A program made the position numbers and the translations under genes. A stretch of 59,534 nt of DNA, filler included, from Basidiobolus ranarum (lineage: Eukaryota), in NCBI GenBank assembly GCA_040143965.1. It is 9 parts of 9 records of this genome, joined end to end, with 100 filler letters (N's around TTAATTAATTAA, not from the genome) between each part and the next. Parts side by side here need not be neighbours in the genome. Positions count along the whole stretch, not along the records: positions 6,649 to 13,194 come from JASJQH010001299.1; positions 13,295 to 19,833 come from JASJQH010001300.1; positions 19,934 to 26,461 come from JASJQH010001301.1; 6 more parts are not named here. The stretch is one strand, 5' to 3'. This document shows positions 11,651 through 23,313 of this stretch, piece by piece (position 1 is the first letter of the stretch; each line of letters opens with the position of its first letter). Under the pieces are notes generated by a model. The model had not been told where the DNA came from. It searched no databases and worked only from the letters and a program-made list of their open reading frames with translations.

Positions 11651-12754
11651 ATGCAACTCGCCATCACCTTGTTAGTTTCACTCACTACTTTACTTTTAGC
11701 AGTAGATGCGGCACCTATCAATTACTTCGCACCTGGAGCCAATGCACTTGCAGCCACTCGTTATAGCGATAGGTCGTGTGAGCAGCACTTGGGTACTTGT
11801 GAGCAAACACAAAGGCAGCAGATACCATTATCTTTTGGAAGTGAAGATACTCAAACTCCAATATTGAAGCAAGTATTCACTACTATCACCAAAAAACACG
11901 ATAACTTAAATACAGCTGACGCTAAAGGCAAGAAAAATATCCGTATTAAATATCAGACTGGTCCTAGCGTAGAAGTTGAGGGAGAGTTTACTAAATCGGC
12001 ATCTACAAAGCAAAGTGAATCGGATTCTCCATCCAATTCGGCATATATCCAGAGTACACAAGAGCACCCTTATGTACAAATGGTACCAGAACAATATAAC
12101 CAGCTTGAAGCCCAAAACTACCAACCAACAGAAATGGCTAGCACATCCACTGAAAGTCAGCCAATATTGATGGAGGAATCACAAGTCGAAGAACCACAGC
12201 CGGAACAGGTTCAAGATGAACAAAGCCCTAGTGAAGAGGCCACATTAGAGACGGAACCAGCAGGGTCACTTGAAAATCAGCCTGATCAGGACCAGATTGA
12301 GCAAAACCCTAGTGAAGAAGGTGAAGCAGATATAGATCCCATTACAACAACTCCAGACGAGTTATTTGAGAGTTTCCCGGAGAGTACACCTGGTCAGCCT
12401 GAAGAGGAACAAGAAGGATCTGAACAGAGTCAGTCCGATTTGTTACCCTCTGAAGACCAGCAATCGTCCCCTTCACTTTCCTCTGCACTGGGAAGTGTAA
12501 ATATTGCTCAGCTACAGCCTGATCAAGCATTGTTAAATCAAGCAAATGGGGAGTCGTCAAGTAACAGCAATGCCCTATCTGACTCAAACCAATTTGACCA
12601 AGCTCAAGTAATCGATCAAACGTTGTATCAAACTCAACCAAAGATAGCCTATATTCAACCAGCAATTAGTCAACGTAGTGGACAATACAAGAAGTACAGA
12701 AAGTATCGTCATCGCTATTTCAAGCTCAAATATTCTAGTGGCAACAGATATTAA
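11651..12754 (+). CDS. Secreted low-complexity acidic (Q/E/S/P-rich) protein with basic Tyr/Lys/Arg tail, unknown function
   Basis: 367-aa intronless ORF; signal peptide MQLAITLLVSLTTLLLAVDA-AP; C-terminus YKKYRKYRHRYFKLKYSSGNRY. Confidence 0.75.
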   Translation: MQLAITLLVSLTTLLLAVDAAPINYFAPGANALAATRYSDRSCEQHLGTCEQTQRQQIPLSFGSEDTQTPILKQVFTTITKKHDNLNTADAKGKKNIRIKYQTGPSVEVEGEFTKSASTKQSESDSPSNSAYIQSTQEHPYVQMVPEQYNQLEAQNYQPTEMASTSTESQPILMEESQVEEPQPEQVQDEQSPSEEATLETEPAGSLENQPDQDQIEQNPSEEGEADIDPITTTPDELFESFPESTPGQPEEEQEGSEQSQSDLLPSEDQQSSPSLSSALGSVNIAQLQPDQALLNQANGESSSNSNALSDSNQFDQAQVIDQTLYQTQPKIAYIQPAISQRSGQYKKYRKYRHRYFKLKYSSGNRY

Positions 12755-13194
12755 CCTATATTATTTACCTCATTGCAACCTTTCCGAACTCTCATTGATA
12801 CAAAAATTCAATCAAGTGCAGAAATCCCTTAATATCCATATTATTCTCATTTTCAATAAATATACTATTTCCTGAATTGCACAAATAATCTACATTTGTA
12901 CATAGAGTACACGACCTTTGCGAATACTTATGAAAGTTGTGATTCCCGTACAAAAGATCAACTGAGTCTTTTAGAGCAGATCGAACGCGACAAGATAAAG
13001 AAGTACCTGTTAAACTTTCATTCTCGTACGACATACACACAAGTTAGTAGTGTTGTCTGCTAATGCATCTGTAGATATGCAACGATATCGCTATATGTAC
13101 ACTTTAAAAATTCAGTAATATAGAGTGCAGTTAGATTCAGTTTGCATATCACTTTTAGATTTGTTGGTGGTTCGGTGACATCTGGATAATCGTT

Positions 13195-13294
13195 NNNNNN
13201 NNNNNNNNNNNNNNNNNNNNNNNNNNNNNNNNNNNNNNTTAATTAATTAANNNNNNNNNNNNNNNNNNNNNNNNNNNNNNNNNNNNNNNNNNNN
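13195..13294. other. Artificial contig linker
   Basis: N44-TTAATTAATTAA-N44. Confidence 0.99.
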
Positions 13295-15099
13295 CCATAT
13301 CATCAAGTGTTCCTATCTCCTGAAAACAGCAAAATCTTTGATGCAGCCCTCGCAGAATCCAATACTACATTTTCAAGCCTCATGAGTCGAGAACCTGCGA
13401 TAGCTACACAATCAGGCGATCAGCAAACGTTACAGAAGCGTCGAATCACTACCAATTTGAAAATAGACGGACTATGGGAATTATCAAAGAGTGCCACTCG
13501 TGAAGGAGTGGAAACATTGCATTTCCTTCATAATCGACATAAAATGGCCATCACCAGACAGTTGAAAGTGATACCCATCTTTGATCAGTCATTGTCCAGG
13601 ATTCTTCAACAACTCAACGAACATTTGGAAATCTCCCGTATGAACCTTAGTTCAACAATTGAAAATTTGACTCGCCATGGCATTGACCAACTACTAGATA
13701 ATGAGAGATCGTCCGACCCCAACAGGACACCCGCAAGGTTCTCCAAAGAAATCAAGAAAGTACTGATTGACTCCTTCGTCAGTAAATCTCCATATCCCAG
13801 TGAAGCTGAGAAGGAAAGACTCAGTAGGTTATGTAAATTGGACTATAAACAGGTGAGTGTTTGGTTCGCAAACAAGCGTATGCGTACTAAAATTCACTCG
13901 CCTTCATCGAATTCCCATATCTACTCAAGTGGCAAGTCCCTCCAACCAAAACTCTCATCTACTAAGAATCCCAAGGCGGAAGATTACTTCTCACCAGCCT
14001 TCAAAACAGAGAATGCTCTTTCAGATGTATCTTCGCAACACAGTTCGTTTTCTGGATCTCCATTCACTAGTTCCTCCATGGATAGCGTAAGGGGAGACTC
14101 TTTCAGTCCTGATAATACCCCAAGTCCATATTTTAGAGGAGACGCCGAATCTCACCCACCGAAGAGTCCTCATATTTCTTTACACAAGTTCAAAGTAAAT
14201 TCTGAATGTGAATCAATCTCCACTCCCACAAAATCGTATGAACGCACACCATGGACCACATCAAATATGTCAGTTAACTCGCCCGAAAGTTGGAAATTTA
14301 GGAACAGGTTGGCCTCTTCATCAAGTATTAAGACACCGCTTGCTTACTTGGATTGTTTATCAAGCACCGACGAGACAGATATACTTGAATCTATGTCTGG
14401 GGATGATTATGCCAATATGAAATGTAGAGATGGGTATACATCAAATACAAATATCCTAGGAGTTACTGGGGTTATGATTGAAGACGAAAACACAACTAGT
14501 CCACGAATGTCGGGAGAATGTAGGAAAGCGAGATCAGTAAACCGACAGGAACAAATGAATTCGGATAATGTTTTATCCGATGCGGAGGATGTATCCAAAT
14601 TACCAGTGTTTCCAGAAACATTGGATGACATCGTATACAAGTATGGTATTTCTCAGGGCCAAAGTGAGGTTGAAATTCAGGCTTCAAAATCATATCTCAT
14701 GAAGTCGACCAACTCGTTGCCTGGTCAAGATTCCCCAGAATTGGGTATGTATTTGTATACCAGCGCTTTTGAGAGATAGTGAATGCTTACATATTGACTT
14801 TTACAGATTCTCATTATGACGATTTAGAACAATGCATCAAGGGGGATGGCAAGTCCGCGGCGGATAATACTATCCTGTTGGATATCTTAGGGGATGGTTA
14901 TACCCCAAAGCATTCAAGTGTAACACCAGAGATATCGCGGAAATTTGAGTTCGATATATCATCCGATTGGGGATCGCGATCTCCCAAGGAGATTCGGGAT
15001 TATTCGGTATACTTCAAAACGATCTTAAAACCTGAACAACTCACAGTCGATCCCAATATTCTTGATTTAAAAAGAAAATCAGAGAAGCCAGAGGTTTAA
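13295..15099 (+). CDS. Homeodomain transcription factor, 5' truncated by gap, one 3' intron
   Basis: RFSKEIKKVLIDSFVSKSPYPSEAEKERLSRLCKLDYKQVSVWFANKRMR; intron GTATGT..TTACAG at 14745-14806 joins in frame to DSHYDD...KPEV* (15099). Confidence 0.88.
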
Positions 15100-16144
15100 A
15101 TGATTCCTTCAACTCTATTCACAGTTTGTTTTGAGAACAAGGTTGTGACTGGAAATAATTCCTAATTTACAAATTCCCTCAATTATTTTGTATCTTAATA
15201 AACTTGAATATTTATATGACAACCTCAGGTTTATTTGTACGAGATTAATGCAACAAAATCCATCAATTGAATCCATATCAACGTTTTCTACTCGAATCCA
15301 ATCACGCATTCACAATAACACATTAAGAATGTACAAAGTTTTTCTATAACTTATGATGATAGTACAACTCTATGAGCTCCAGTAAGGTAATCCCTAATGA
15401 CGACAATATCTGCCTATTAATTCATCAAGTACTCACTATCTCTAATCAATAAAACAAAGCAAAAGCCGCAAGCATATCAACTTTGAATATCCTGTCAAAT
15501 TCCTTGGCAGCCTGCACTTAGATGCCAGAGAAGCAACTAGCTACTTGTCGCAAGTCTATGGATTTGTTTTAATCAAGGGCAGACACTAGATAGGAATGAT
15601 GAGTTAGATGTTACTAGACTCAAACTTTGAATAATAGAAACATTATCCAGTATATGATCTCTTTAGTTTATTCATGTAGAATAAACAAACATAAAGCTGA
15701 CTTGGATCATAACAGTAATGAAGTGTGAGTGGTTCACTGTCTCAAGTCACCATGGAGTATACATAAATAATAAAGAATCGTGGTATAAGGTAATTACTGT
15801 CAGTTCCTCATGCTATGAGTTTTTTTGGACCGAGTTACACATATACAGTCAGGAATGGTATCCCCATAAAATTACAAATTATCCGAATTGGAGATTCTAA
15901 AACAAGGCCGAATGTTATTAAGTTGATATATGGTACAGGCTCTGAAGGAATAAAAAGACAACGATTTCACAAGAAATTTGCTGACTCTATGGAAAATCGA
16001 TGAGTGAACTCTGGATACAATTAATAATCCATCTAGGAACAAATATTTTTGGTGTTACAGTACATCTAATTGCCGATGAAAGAACGTGGAAGAAAAGTGG
16101 GAGCTAATGAGTTAGATGCAGGTTCAGAAATCACATTACACCCA

Positions 16145-16975
16145 TCATGGAAATAATTTGTCCTGCGTCTGTTGTTGTTGTACGGCCTGATAGAACCGAC
16201 GTAACTTTTGATTCTCGGAGCGTATAAGCTGTAGTTGAGTCATTAATGCCATCTGTGTGCCTCTCATACTTTGCAAATGTTGAACAGCTGAAGATTCATA
16301 TAGTTAGTGCTGATCATCAATGTAAATAATTAGTTACACTTACTTTTGTTAAGAATGCAAGCCTTGCTGATCTTTTTGTTCGAGCAATTCGGGATATGCC
16401 TTTTCAACTCATCAAATCCATCTTTAATTTGGGCCCGACGTTTTTGCTCGGACTGAATATGAACTTGGCGTCTTATCTCAGCACTTGATGCTCTAAAATT
16501 ACCACGGTGTATCAATATGACATTTCTATAGACTGATATGAAACCAATATGAACATACCCATGATCTTCACCACCATCAGAATTAGTCTCGCTCTCCTCG
16601 GAAAATGAATGCCTTGATCGTTTTCGGTTACAACCAGATGCTTGCTCGTATGCCTCTTTACTGTATTCTTGAATTTCCAAAATTCCGTTTTCAGAGGATG
16701 AAGAAATCACTGGTGAATCCAGCGGCGTCCAGCAGTTACAATTGAGTTCGGTGGGAAGTAAATTCCCTGCGATCGCGGTGTGTATGTAACCGAAGTTATC
16801 CACTTCTAATATAAACAAATACTATTAGCTGGATAATCAATGGTAACGTTCATCTTTTGATGGTTAGTATACCGTTTGGAAATAAAGGCTCGGCAAAGGC
16901 CTCGGATTTCAGTTCTATATCATTAGGGCCCATGACAGTGAAGGGCTGAGTGGAAAATTGTTGGAGTAGTACCAT
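16145..16975 (-). CDS. bHLH-ZIP transcription factor (Mlx/Max-like), about 4 exons
   Basis: RRQVHIQSEQKRRAQIKDGFDELKRHIP...KISKACILNK, then an intron, then VQHLQSM...LQLIRSENQKLRRF...LFP* (TGA 16147-16145). The 5' exon from ATG 16975 is less certain. Confidence 0.82.
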
Positions 16976-19833
16976 ATTATCTTGTTTAGGCATTTTAGTC
17001 AACCACAAATGAGCCAAACGGTAAGGGTATGGTGAATGGTGTGAGTTCCTGGAAAGATGAGATGAATAATGGAGCTAACGTTCAGCTACTAGCCGTATAT
17101 TTATAGGCTACAGAAATCATACCACTTACCTGTTGGAAATCTACCTTTGGCCACCCCAATTCGGTGATTTTTACATCCAAATGGGAAATTTGTCTTGGAA
17201 GCCCTTCTTGATAGGCAATCTACAAGTCACGAATTTGATCTCCGTTATTTGTTGGGGCTTCGGAATCACTCAATATTGATTACACTAAGTGATAGTCCGC
17301 ACCAATTGAACAACGCTCTGTCATCCACACCTGCCATAAAAGGATGTTCGCCAAAGGCCATATGCCCGGCAACTTGCATAGAGATTTTCCGTTAATTTGT
17401 ACCAACTGGATATTGGGGAGTGGACTTGGTACTTTTTATAACACTCGATTGCATATGAATATATAACATGACTGTTATGATCTCTGCATGGATTGAAGAT
17501 GGCGTAGTTGGGATACACAACGACTAACTACGAAATAGGTGGAATATTATTGAATTGATAGAATTGGGCAGTTGGCCCTTGTGGAAGAAACGTAGAACCA
17601 TGCCAAACGCAATCAGCCATAATGTTACTTTGAGTTGCGAAGCCTTACTGCCATTTGTCTTAATGGTTTATTCGAACACCAGAAATGGTTGACATCTCTG
17701 GATATTTAGTGACGATTTTGGTGCGTATTCTAACTAAATCGGATTACATACTGGTGCCCTCTATTATGCCGTTGATAGGTCAATCTGAACCTTCCTTTTT
17801 GGCCCTGTATCGTGATTGAACTTAGCTCAATCACTGAAGCTTCCGAACTAATCTGGGAATTGATCTGAGGTTTGTCTATGCACCCTGTCGCGCAACGGCT
17901 TCTCTACATACGATACTGTCAGGTTGCCACCAGCTATGTTACCCAAGAGAACACCCAGTTGAGCTCAAATTGTTATCAATGGTACGAACTGTATTATAAT
18001 GGCTATTGTGTGGAATATAATGCCTCTCTGCTATGGCACTATGTACTCTACTTGGACCTTTATTACCATTTTAATATTCAAGTATTCGTTTTAGGCCACT
18101 CCGACTTGCCTAACCCATGAGTTCGGACAAATTTTAGATCATTGCTTGGTACCATTACCCTATATCTCCCTACCCCCCATTGATAATCATACCTCGTAGT
18201 AAACCAGCAGTTATCAAATCCTCAGGCCGTAAATTTCTCATACAAGCCAAGATTCTTAATTATTTGCGTATTCTGAGACAGCATAAGCGATCAACCTCTC
18301 GCGATTTATGACCACTATGATTCGAGTCGGCCTACCTCAGTGTCTTCAGGGAGTGTACGCAAGTGATTCTAGTAATATCTCACCCAGAACCCACTGTATT
18401 GCAGATATAGCAAAATATGGGTTTTTTCGGCCAATCGGCTGCTCTAAATCTGATGGCACGTTGGATAGACATTATTCCAGGATTCGCCCAAGACTCAACC
18501 TATTCCCAGGAGAATTTCCATCTGTATTAAGATATTCAATACCGCATCTAGAAACTACTAAGTGGTCAGAACAAATATTGCTCAGCCTCTGCACGTTGCT
18601 GGTTCGGTGATGATTGCCTAGGTTGTCTTTAGCAAAAGAACCTCCTCGCAAGCCAATATATTGGATCCGATAGACCGATGGGCACATGTCCTATCAGCAT
18701 CTTATGAATCACTCAAGATTAAGTTGTTTATCGCAGAGTCTGGACCCAACTAGCCCTGGAGATAGCTAATCGAGAATCACCAGGAAATGATTATTATGTC
18801 ATTTACTTATAGCTGGCTTAGTTTGTTGAATTAATCGGTAGAACGATTCGATAGTGTCGTGACTGTAAACCGATTAACCTAGCGTCAGCAAACCAGAAAT
18901 TAGCAAATCCTCTCAGCAAATCACAATACTTCCAAAGATAAGTGCTATCATCAGGGCTCATCCACTTAAGATGCTAGAAAAGGACGGTTTCGAAGCATCC
19001 CATATACATCAAACTTTAGTGATTTTGAGGCATGCTGATTGGGTTTTTAGGTTCATATTAGATATTCCTGGACAAAACGTCATTGGTTTCTATATATACT
19101 CTACACATCAATTTAACCTTAACCCACTTTGTTACTTAAAGTAGTAATAGTATTGCTACTAGTTTAGTATGATCTCTGAATGGTAATCTATCTGTGATTC
19201 TGTCGACATGAGCATCTACCATATTTACTTGATAGGATCAAGAAATGCACTTTATCTACACATAAGAGAGTTGAACTGGTTTGATCCTTCCGCGTTTGTA
19301 GTCACCACGTCATTTAAACATCAGAAACTTCGTCACAGAGTATGAGCTCTTAAATTGCTCTAGTTGGGTTGGGTATTGAGGTCACCTACGGATTTCGAAG
19401 GAGTTTCGTTGAAAGGCTATTTAGTTATTTGTCGCTTCATCCTCCAAAATACCACTTTCTTTTAGTCCGCGTTTATCTGCACTCTTTACTTGCCAACACC
19501 AATCTCGAAAACATAAACCGTCCCTGTGTACAACGACTAGTCTTTATTATCCACGATATATTCGGTAGTTGAAGGTATGATATATATATTTGCGTATTAT
19601 CCTCTGTATCTAATATCAAGATAGAGTAGCGATGCTGCGGTTACATTAACTTGCTAAACGTTAACATATATATTATCATGAAAGATATTTTACTTTTTAG
19701 CTTGCTACCTTGTAACTAGATAATAATGTCTACCAGTATTGAAGAAAACTCTGTAGATAAACATCAACATCATTATCATTTCGGCCTGCGAAAAGCCTTG
19801 ATAAAAGGGGCCCGCAAAACGTTCAAAGTTATT

Positions 19834-19933
19834 NNNNNNNNNNNNNNNNNNNNNNNNNNNNNNNNNNNNNNNNNNNNTTAATTAATTAANNNNNNNNNNN
19901 NNNNNNNNNNNNNNNNNNNNNNNNNNNNNNNNN
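19834..19933. other. Artificial contig linker
   Basis: N44-TTAATTAATTAA-N44. Confidence 0.99.
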
Positions 19934-20138
19934 ATTTGTATTCTAGTTTCTATACATTTACAGATGGGGGAGGGGAGGGTTTGATGTACGATTGTTCAGT
20001 GAAAGTTCAATTCAAAGATATTAAGCGTTCAATAGTAAGCGAAGAATACATGTAACAACAGATGGATTTCTTTCTCCACGTTATATCAGTGAATTCTCCT
20101 AAACTGGGGTCAATAAACTTCATCACGATGGTGTAAAA

Positions 20139-22614
20139 CTAATGTAACTCAAGATTTTTGGGCGTAGATTGGATCTTGACCTTGAGATTGGTGTCAGAGT
20201 TGGTTAGAAGACTCCTCTTTTTCCCAATCAGACAGTAAGTTACCACAGCGACTAAAATTATCGCAAAAGCGATGGCACATGCTATAATTAAGATGGTCTG
20301 GTAAGGTCTGGGATGATTAGGAACCAATTTCGTGTAAAATGGATCGACGTCGGAGAACATGACTTGTCTAGCAATGAGTGATTGAAACGCTGCATTATAG
20401 TCCAAAGCAACCTAGTGGTATTAGGCGGGAAGAGTGTGAAGTTAGTGGGAATATCATTGAAGCGATCCATTTAATACCAGAGTCGGATATTGTCGAGAGC
20501 TTTAACAGGCAACACAATAAAAAGCAGATGTAGTCAATTTACCTCGGATTGCGAGTAATCCTGCCTATCATCCAGGAATTGGTCATCTCGGTTGGGTCCA
20601 CCTACTACAGCCCCAACTAGCCGGTTATTATTTTCAAATGGATTGCTCATGGATTTGAAATCCGTTCCACCGTGAGCTCCTGCGTGGTGTACGTTTTTGG
20701 GGGAGTTGGGGTGTATGTCTGCGACGTAAGGCATCTTCATTGGATTGTTTCCTAAGATATAATCAAGTTGTTGATTTCCAAAAGCATCGTAACCTAGTCT
20801 TTTGGCTTCAGCCTGAGATGATCCGGACAAAGTTGACAGAACTGAATGAGAATAAATATGCATCAAAAGTGCAGTGGTTAAAGCAGGTCCCGTGGATGCT
20901 TGCTCACTTCAGAAAAGAAAGAGTGAGTATCTTTTCAAGAATCAATCAAATGACATAAAGGTGATATACCTCGTCCCTTTAAACCAAATCAATCCACCTT
21001 TGGTTTTCTCTAGGTCATTGGAGCCTGTCAACACATTGTCAAACCAGACTTCCGATATATTTCTCCAATTAAGCCCAGGATCACCTTGGATTAGTTGAGC
21101 GAACATAACATAGACTCCAGGGGATTTCTGATTCCAATTAAAAGGAAAGTCACGACCTTCCATTTTGAACAATGTAAAGTATGTTTTAGCCTTTTCCAAG
21201 TAACTATTATCGTTAGTCGCTTTATAAAGCCATAAGTTCCCCCAGCAAAGTTCATCTCCGAAGCCTCTAGATCCGTAGAAATCGGTCACCTCAGGTACAG
21301 ATTCATGATATCTTACCCATGGTTCAATCTCAGCCAGCTTCAATAAGTCTTTTGCGTGTTCGAGTAATATATCTGCATACTTAGCATCAGAGTATTTTTC
21401 CCTGAAAAGGATGGATGCTGCAGCACACGCGGCTGCAGTTTCGGCCGCGATGTCCGTACCTCGATGATTTAGGTCGATTTTAAATGCAGGTCTTGGATAA
21501 GGAATGTTCAAATCGGAGCCTTAAGGAATGAGATTCAAGATTTGCCGAGCAAAGTAATAACAAGAGAGATTACAAAGGGATGTCAGTAAAGGACATAAGG
21601 TAAAGGAAGGAGCGGATTGATAGAAGATCGACAATGCTTACCCCAATACTGTTTCGAACAATGAAAAAGGACAAAATTCATCCAAAAAATCCGAATAAAT
21701 GAAAATCATGCAAAAAATGGTCTCTTAATAAATTGCACTGGCACTAAGAAGTCTTCTTGGATGTCTTCTGTTTGACCAACGTAGACCAATGGAAGAAACC
21801 GCGTAAATTATATATATATTAATGTCTTACCTGATGGTCAATATCTCCTCGACCAACTTGCACGTAAAGCTCATTAGGTGACGGATGGGCTTTAATTATC
21901 CAGTCAGTGGCCCATTTTATCATATCGCGAAAATGGCCATCCTCGTTTGCAATGGTATACCCCTTGAAAAATTCCAAACCGCCCCAGCACAGGACAGCCA
22001 CAGTATAAGATAAAGGGAACAGAAATTTGACATAGTCGCCTTGAAAAAGGGAGAAAAACGATCAAAATAAGGAAAACACTAGTACCGATATGATAGTTCT
22101 TTTTCGAGAGCAGGTATTCACAGAATCCCATCTTTATCGAGTACAAGAAAAGAAATTACCCGCGTCATAATATCCCTTGGTTAAAACAAGAAAATCAGCC
22201 TTTGTGCTTACATTGTTTCGCTTCATAAAATAATAGCAAAGAGTTCTTTACGAAGAAGGTAGAGATCCACTTACTCCGCTCAAATCAATACCGCTACTAT
22301 TACCGTCATCTAAAGCGGAGTCATGTCTCCTACAACAAAACGAAAAATATTAAAGGTATTGAGTAACCTCCTTGAGGCATATTCCAGTGAATGAGAAAAC
22401 AACTCCTGCAAAGAAATACGCATCAATGCAATATTTAAAAAAAGAAAATGCATGAGTACCAAGGGATCCGATTGTCTGGTGGTAGCTTCCCACTTCTTTG
22501 AGCCTCATAAAACAACAACGAATCACCTAGTAAAGAGATATATGGTACATTTCCCTCCGATGTGACTGACTTCGTACCCAGAAACCCCATAGCCAATAAA
22601 AAATGGATCTTCAT
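20139..22614 (-). CDS. Glycoside hydrolase family 9 endoglucanase with signal peptide and C-terminal transmembrane helix, multi-exon with micro-exons
   Basis: LLFYEAQRSG; DLSG|GYYDAG|DYVKF; WATDWIIKAHP; QVGRGDIDHQ|YW|G; GTDIAAETAAACAAAS; NVHHAG; GAVVGGPN..DDRQDYSQSE|VALDYNA; TM segment ILIIACAIAFAIILVAVVTYCLI then GKKR. Confidence 0.92.
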
Positions 22615-23313
22615 GATCCTCAACTAATTAGGAATAAGTAGAAACCACAGATAGGGTGATCCGAATGATGGCAGTGACTTGATAAGGTTAAAAGTTTATT
22701 AGTCAATTGGTATTTCCACTGCAAAGTAAAAAGAAAAGTTTCAAACTGGAGTCGTGTATTTATACTGTGCAGAGTTTATCAGGTCCACGGACTCTGGTTC
22801 AAGTGGAGTTACATCATGATCGTGAAGGCCATGGATTTCCAATCCTATCCTTGCAATAGCCTAACCACAGAAATAACATGGAACATGCGTATTGAAACAA
22901 GGAATAAGCGTATTGTATGATACAAATGCACAGGTCGATGCGAACCCATCATTCTACACACGTACGTCTATGATTCTCATGTTCGAGGCAAGTTGAAGCT
23001 TGATTTCAGCTTTCATGCATAAACTCTTTTCCCCCCTCCCAACGCACACATAAACAAGAAAGAACGATGTTCAAACTTAGATTGATTTCATAGATACATG
23101 CAACCCATCGATAGGTCTAGTCACCAAGATTTATTCGATACATGTAAGCATCGGTTCATCCAGCTTGTTATTCTTACAGAAGAGTTCCTTAGACGAAACA
23201 CTATGTACAATACGCATCTGGGAATCCTAGGCTCGCTTGGTTCACCAGAACGCATAAAAAAGGGGGCTGTGGAATGCTATCTCAATCAACGAGGCAACAA
23301 GCATAAGCCTCGA

